A stretch of DNA of 63,704 nt, the filler included, from Octopus bimaculoides (taxonomy: Eukaryota): assembly GCF_001194135.2 (NCBI RefSeq). It is 3 parts of 3 records of this genome, joined end to end, with 100 filler letters (N's around TTAATTAATTAA, not from the genome) between each part and the next. Parts side by side here need not be neighbours in the genome. Positions count along the whole stretch, not along the records: positions 57,677 to 63,704 come from NC_068989.1; 2 more parts are not named here. One strand, given 5' to 3'. Of the stretch, positions 61,863-63,704 are shown one piece after another. Each line of letters opens with the position of its first letter. The stretch's first letter is position 1. The position numbers and the translations under genes were made by a program. The notes under the pieces are model-generated. The model worked only from the letters and a program-made list of their open reading frames with translations, did no database searches and was not told where the DNA came from.

Positions 61863-62559
61863 ACAATATTCGTTGGTTGTTAGTAATGTGTGGTTATATA
61901 CGTATAGAGAAAGACACTTCAATTACCCGACAGTCAAAAGATCTATCTACAATGGTTTCAGTGTATTTCGTAATTGCAGAATATCTAAACTGGATTTGGC
62001 AGTCAAACTTCAATCGTCCCTTAACCATACTGGTTGATAAAATATCTCCATGTTGTCTCGGTGTGAATAAACAAGAGATAATCCACATAAATCCAACGCT
62101 GATCTCTACTGAAACTTCCTAGATAATAGATAAAAGGCAATGAGGAGTGCCTTTTGCTAAGCATAAACGACTATTGTTACATCACAAGAGAAACATTGCA
62201 AAATAGTAAACCCTCTTACATTTCATCGTTTATGCAAATCATATAATCTCTATGTAAATGATAAACCAGTATTTCTGATTGAAAAGCAATGAACGAAAAT
62301 TTCCATAATGTTGGAAAACGAGATTTTTGTTATAAACAAAGAATAAAATATATGTGACGAATAAAGCTATAATACATACTGTTATATGGACTGTTAGATA
62401 TGTAATTCGTCTGACGTTCCGNNNNNNNNNNNNNNNNNNNNNNNNNNNNNNNNNNNNNNNNNNNNNNNNNNNNNNNNNNNNNNNNNNNNNNNNNNNNNNN
62501 NNNNNNNNNNNNNNNNNNNNNCGGATCATCTGGAACCCTTGACGTCGTAAGCGACGGAG

Positions 62560-62905
62560 TGCCAACAACAATGGGTTGAACGGTCTGGGCGGCCATGTGT
62601 GGGTGTGCATTGTCATGCAGCAACAAAGCTTTCTTAGGTAACAGGTATCGGCGTTTGGTTTGTTGGTCAGCAAAGCACTGTATCTTGTATTGTTGATCGT
62701 ACACCCCTTTTCCGGGTAGTCTTTCAGTATAGCCCCTTTTGAGTCCCAGATATAGGTTAGCATCACATTTCCCCCAGAAGACTGAGTCTTGAATTTCTTC
62801 GTCGCTGGCGAGCCAGGATGATTCCACTTCCATACTTTGTCTTATAGATTCTGCCACGTAATGATGGACCCACGTTTCATCGTCTGTGACTATTCTACTC
62901 AAAAA
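62560..62905 (-). pseudogene. Mariner transposase catalytic-domain fragment (frameshifted)
   Basis: FLSRIVTDDETWVHHY, MLTYIWDSKGAILKDY.EKG.TIN, LLLHDNAHPH (first two catalytic Asp motifs). Confidence 0.92.
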
Positions 62906-63554
62906 TTTATATAATATTTGAGTGAGTGTATATGTGTTGTGTGTGTATTTAGAAAAATACACAGAAAATAGAATTACAGACACACGTGCATTTACACATA
63001 CATATGTATATAAAACAGACACACTTAAAAAGGAAGGAAGCGGGCTTTGACATAGAAAACCGCATTCGATACAGACTATAAATGTATAAATGTATACACA
63101 CACACACCGAGTTGAAGAACTGTTTGATTTTTTTCAACTTTTTGTACCCTTTTTATATATAGAATACTACAATTAGCCGTCATTTTTGTCGGCATGGGAA
63201 CCAGCTAGTCAATAATAAAATTTCTATGAAACGTGATAGAAAAATAAATATTTATATAAGAAATCAATGAACGTGTCTTAATTTAACGAAGACACAATTC
63301 CGTCGATTACCTCAGTTATCTCCCTTGCACTGAAAATATTGGAAACTTAGCTATACTTGCTATTATAATTCCTTCAGTTTTAGAATGCGTTATATCACTG
63401 GTTCTCAGTTAGGATCCATACGGCCCCTGATTTTTGGGGTCCACACAACAAAATAGTAAACCAGGGATCCACAATAGTATTTTAAGGACCCCTGAAAAAA
63501 TTTTGCTTTTGACATATGTTTTGCAAGAAACATTTAGATTTCTTTCTGCTTACC

Positions 63555-63704
63555 AACCAGATGGTTCCGGGTTCAGTCCCATTGCGTGGCACCTTGGGCA
63601 AGTGTCTTCTACTATAGCCTCGGGCCGACCAAAGCCTTGTGAGTGGATTTGGTAGACGGAAACTGAAAGAAGCCCGTCGTATATATGTATATATATATAT
63701 ATAT
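63555..63704 (+). mobile_element. SINE family A 5' half, CpG intact, running off the window
   Basis: gttccgggttcagtccc..gcgtggcaccttgggcaagtgtcttctactatagcctcgggccgacc..gaagcccgtcgtatat. Confidence 0.92.

Overview
AT-rich eukaryotic (animal) genomic DNA, microsatellite-dense and gapped. Repeat families and composition suggest an octopus/coleoid cephalopod (inference, not a database result). Two exact 100-bp linkers (44N-TTAATTAATTAA-44N at 31392-31491 and 57577-57676) show the window is three joined scaffolds. The only clearly intact protein-coding gene is a single-coding-exon class A (rhodopsin-like) orphan GPCR (32794-33888, +). The rest is mostly retroelement and transposon debris: three tRNA-derived SINE families (one dimeric), a 5'-truncated RTE LINE with a PHD finger inside its RT, CR1 and R4/Dong fragments, Merlin and mariner fragments, and several Penelope-like element (PLE) remnants. 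The most interesting signal is a set of non-coding, ribozyme-bearing PLE/retrozyme-like modules. One is an 838-bp TSD-flanked insertion with an intact minimal type I hammerhead, a 522-bp terminal redundancy and a 197-bp inversion (14059-14896). A second hammerhead sits beside a 61-bp-arm hairpin (27462-27714). A third family has a reconstructed core CUGUCGA instead of CUGANGA (229-430, 53259-53500). Also notable are a CpG-decay (germline methylation) contrast between scaffolds, a tRNA-Asp-like Pol III unit with a broken acceptor stem near the GPCR, and a perfect 33-bp pre-miRNA-sized hairpin. Repeat boundaries are by eye and approximate unless defined by a TSD.
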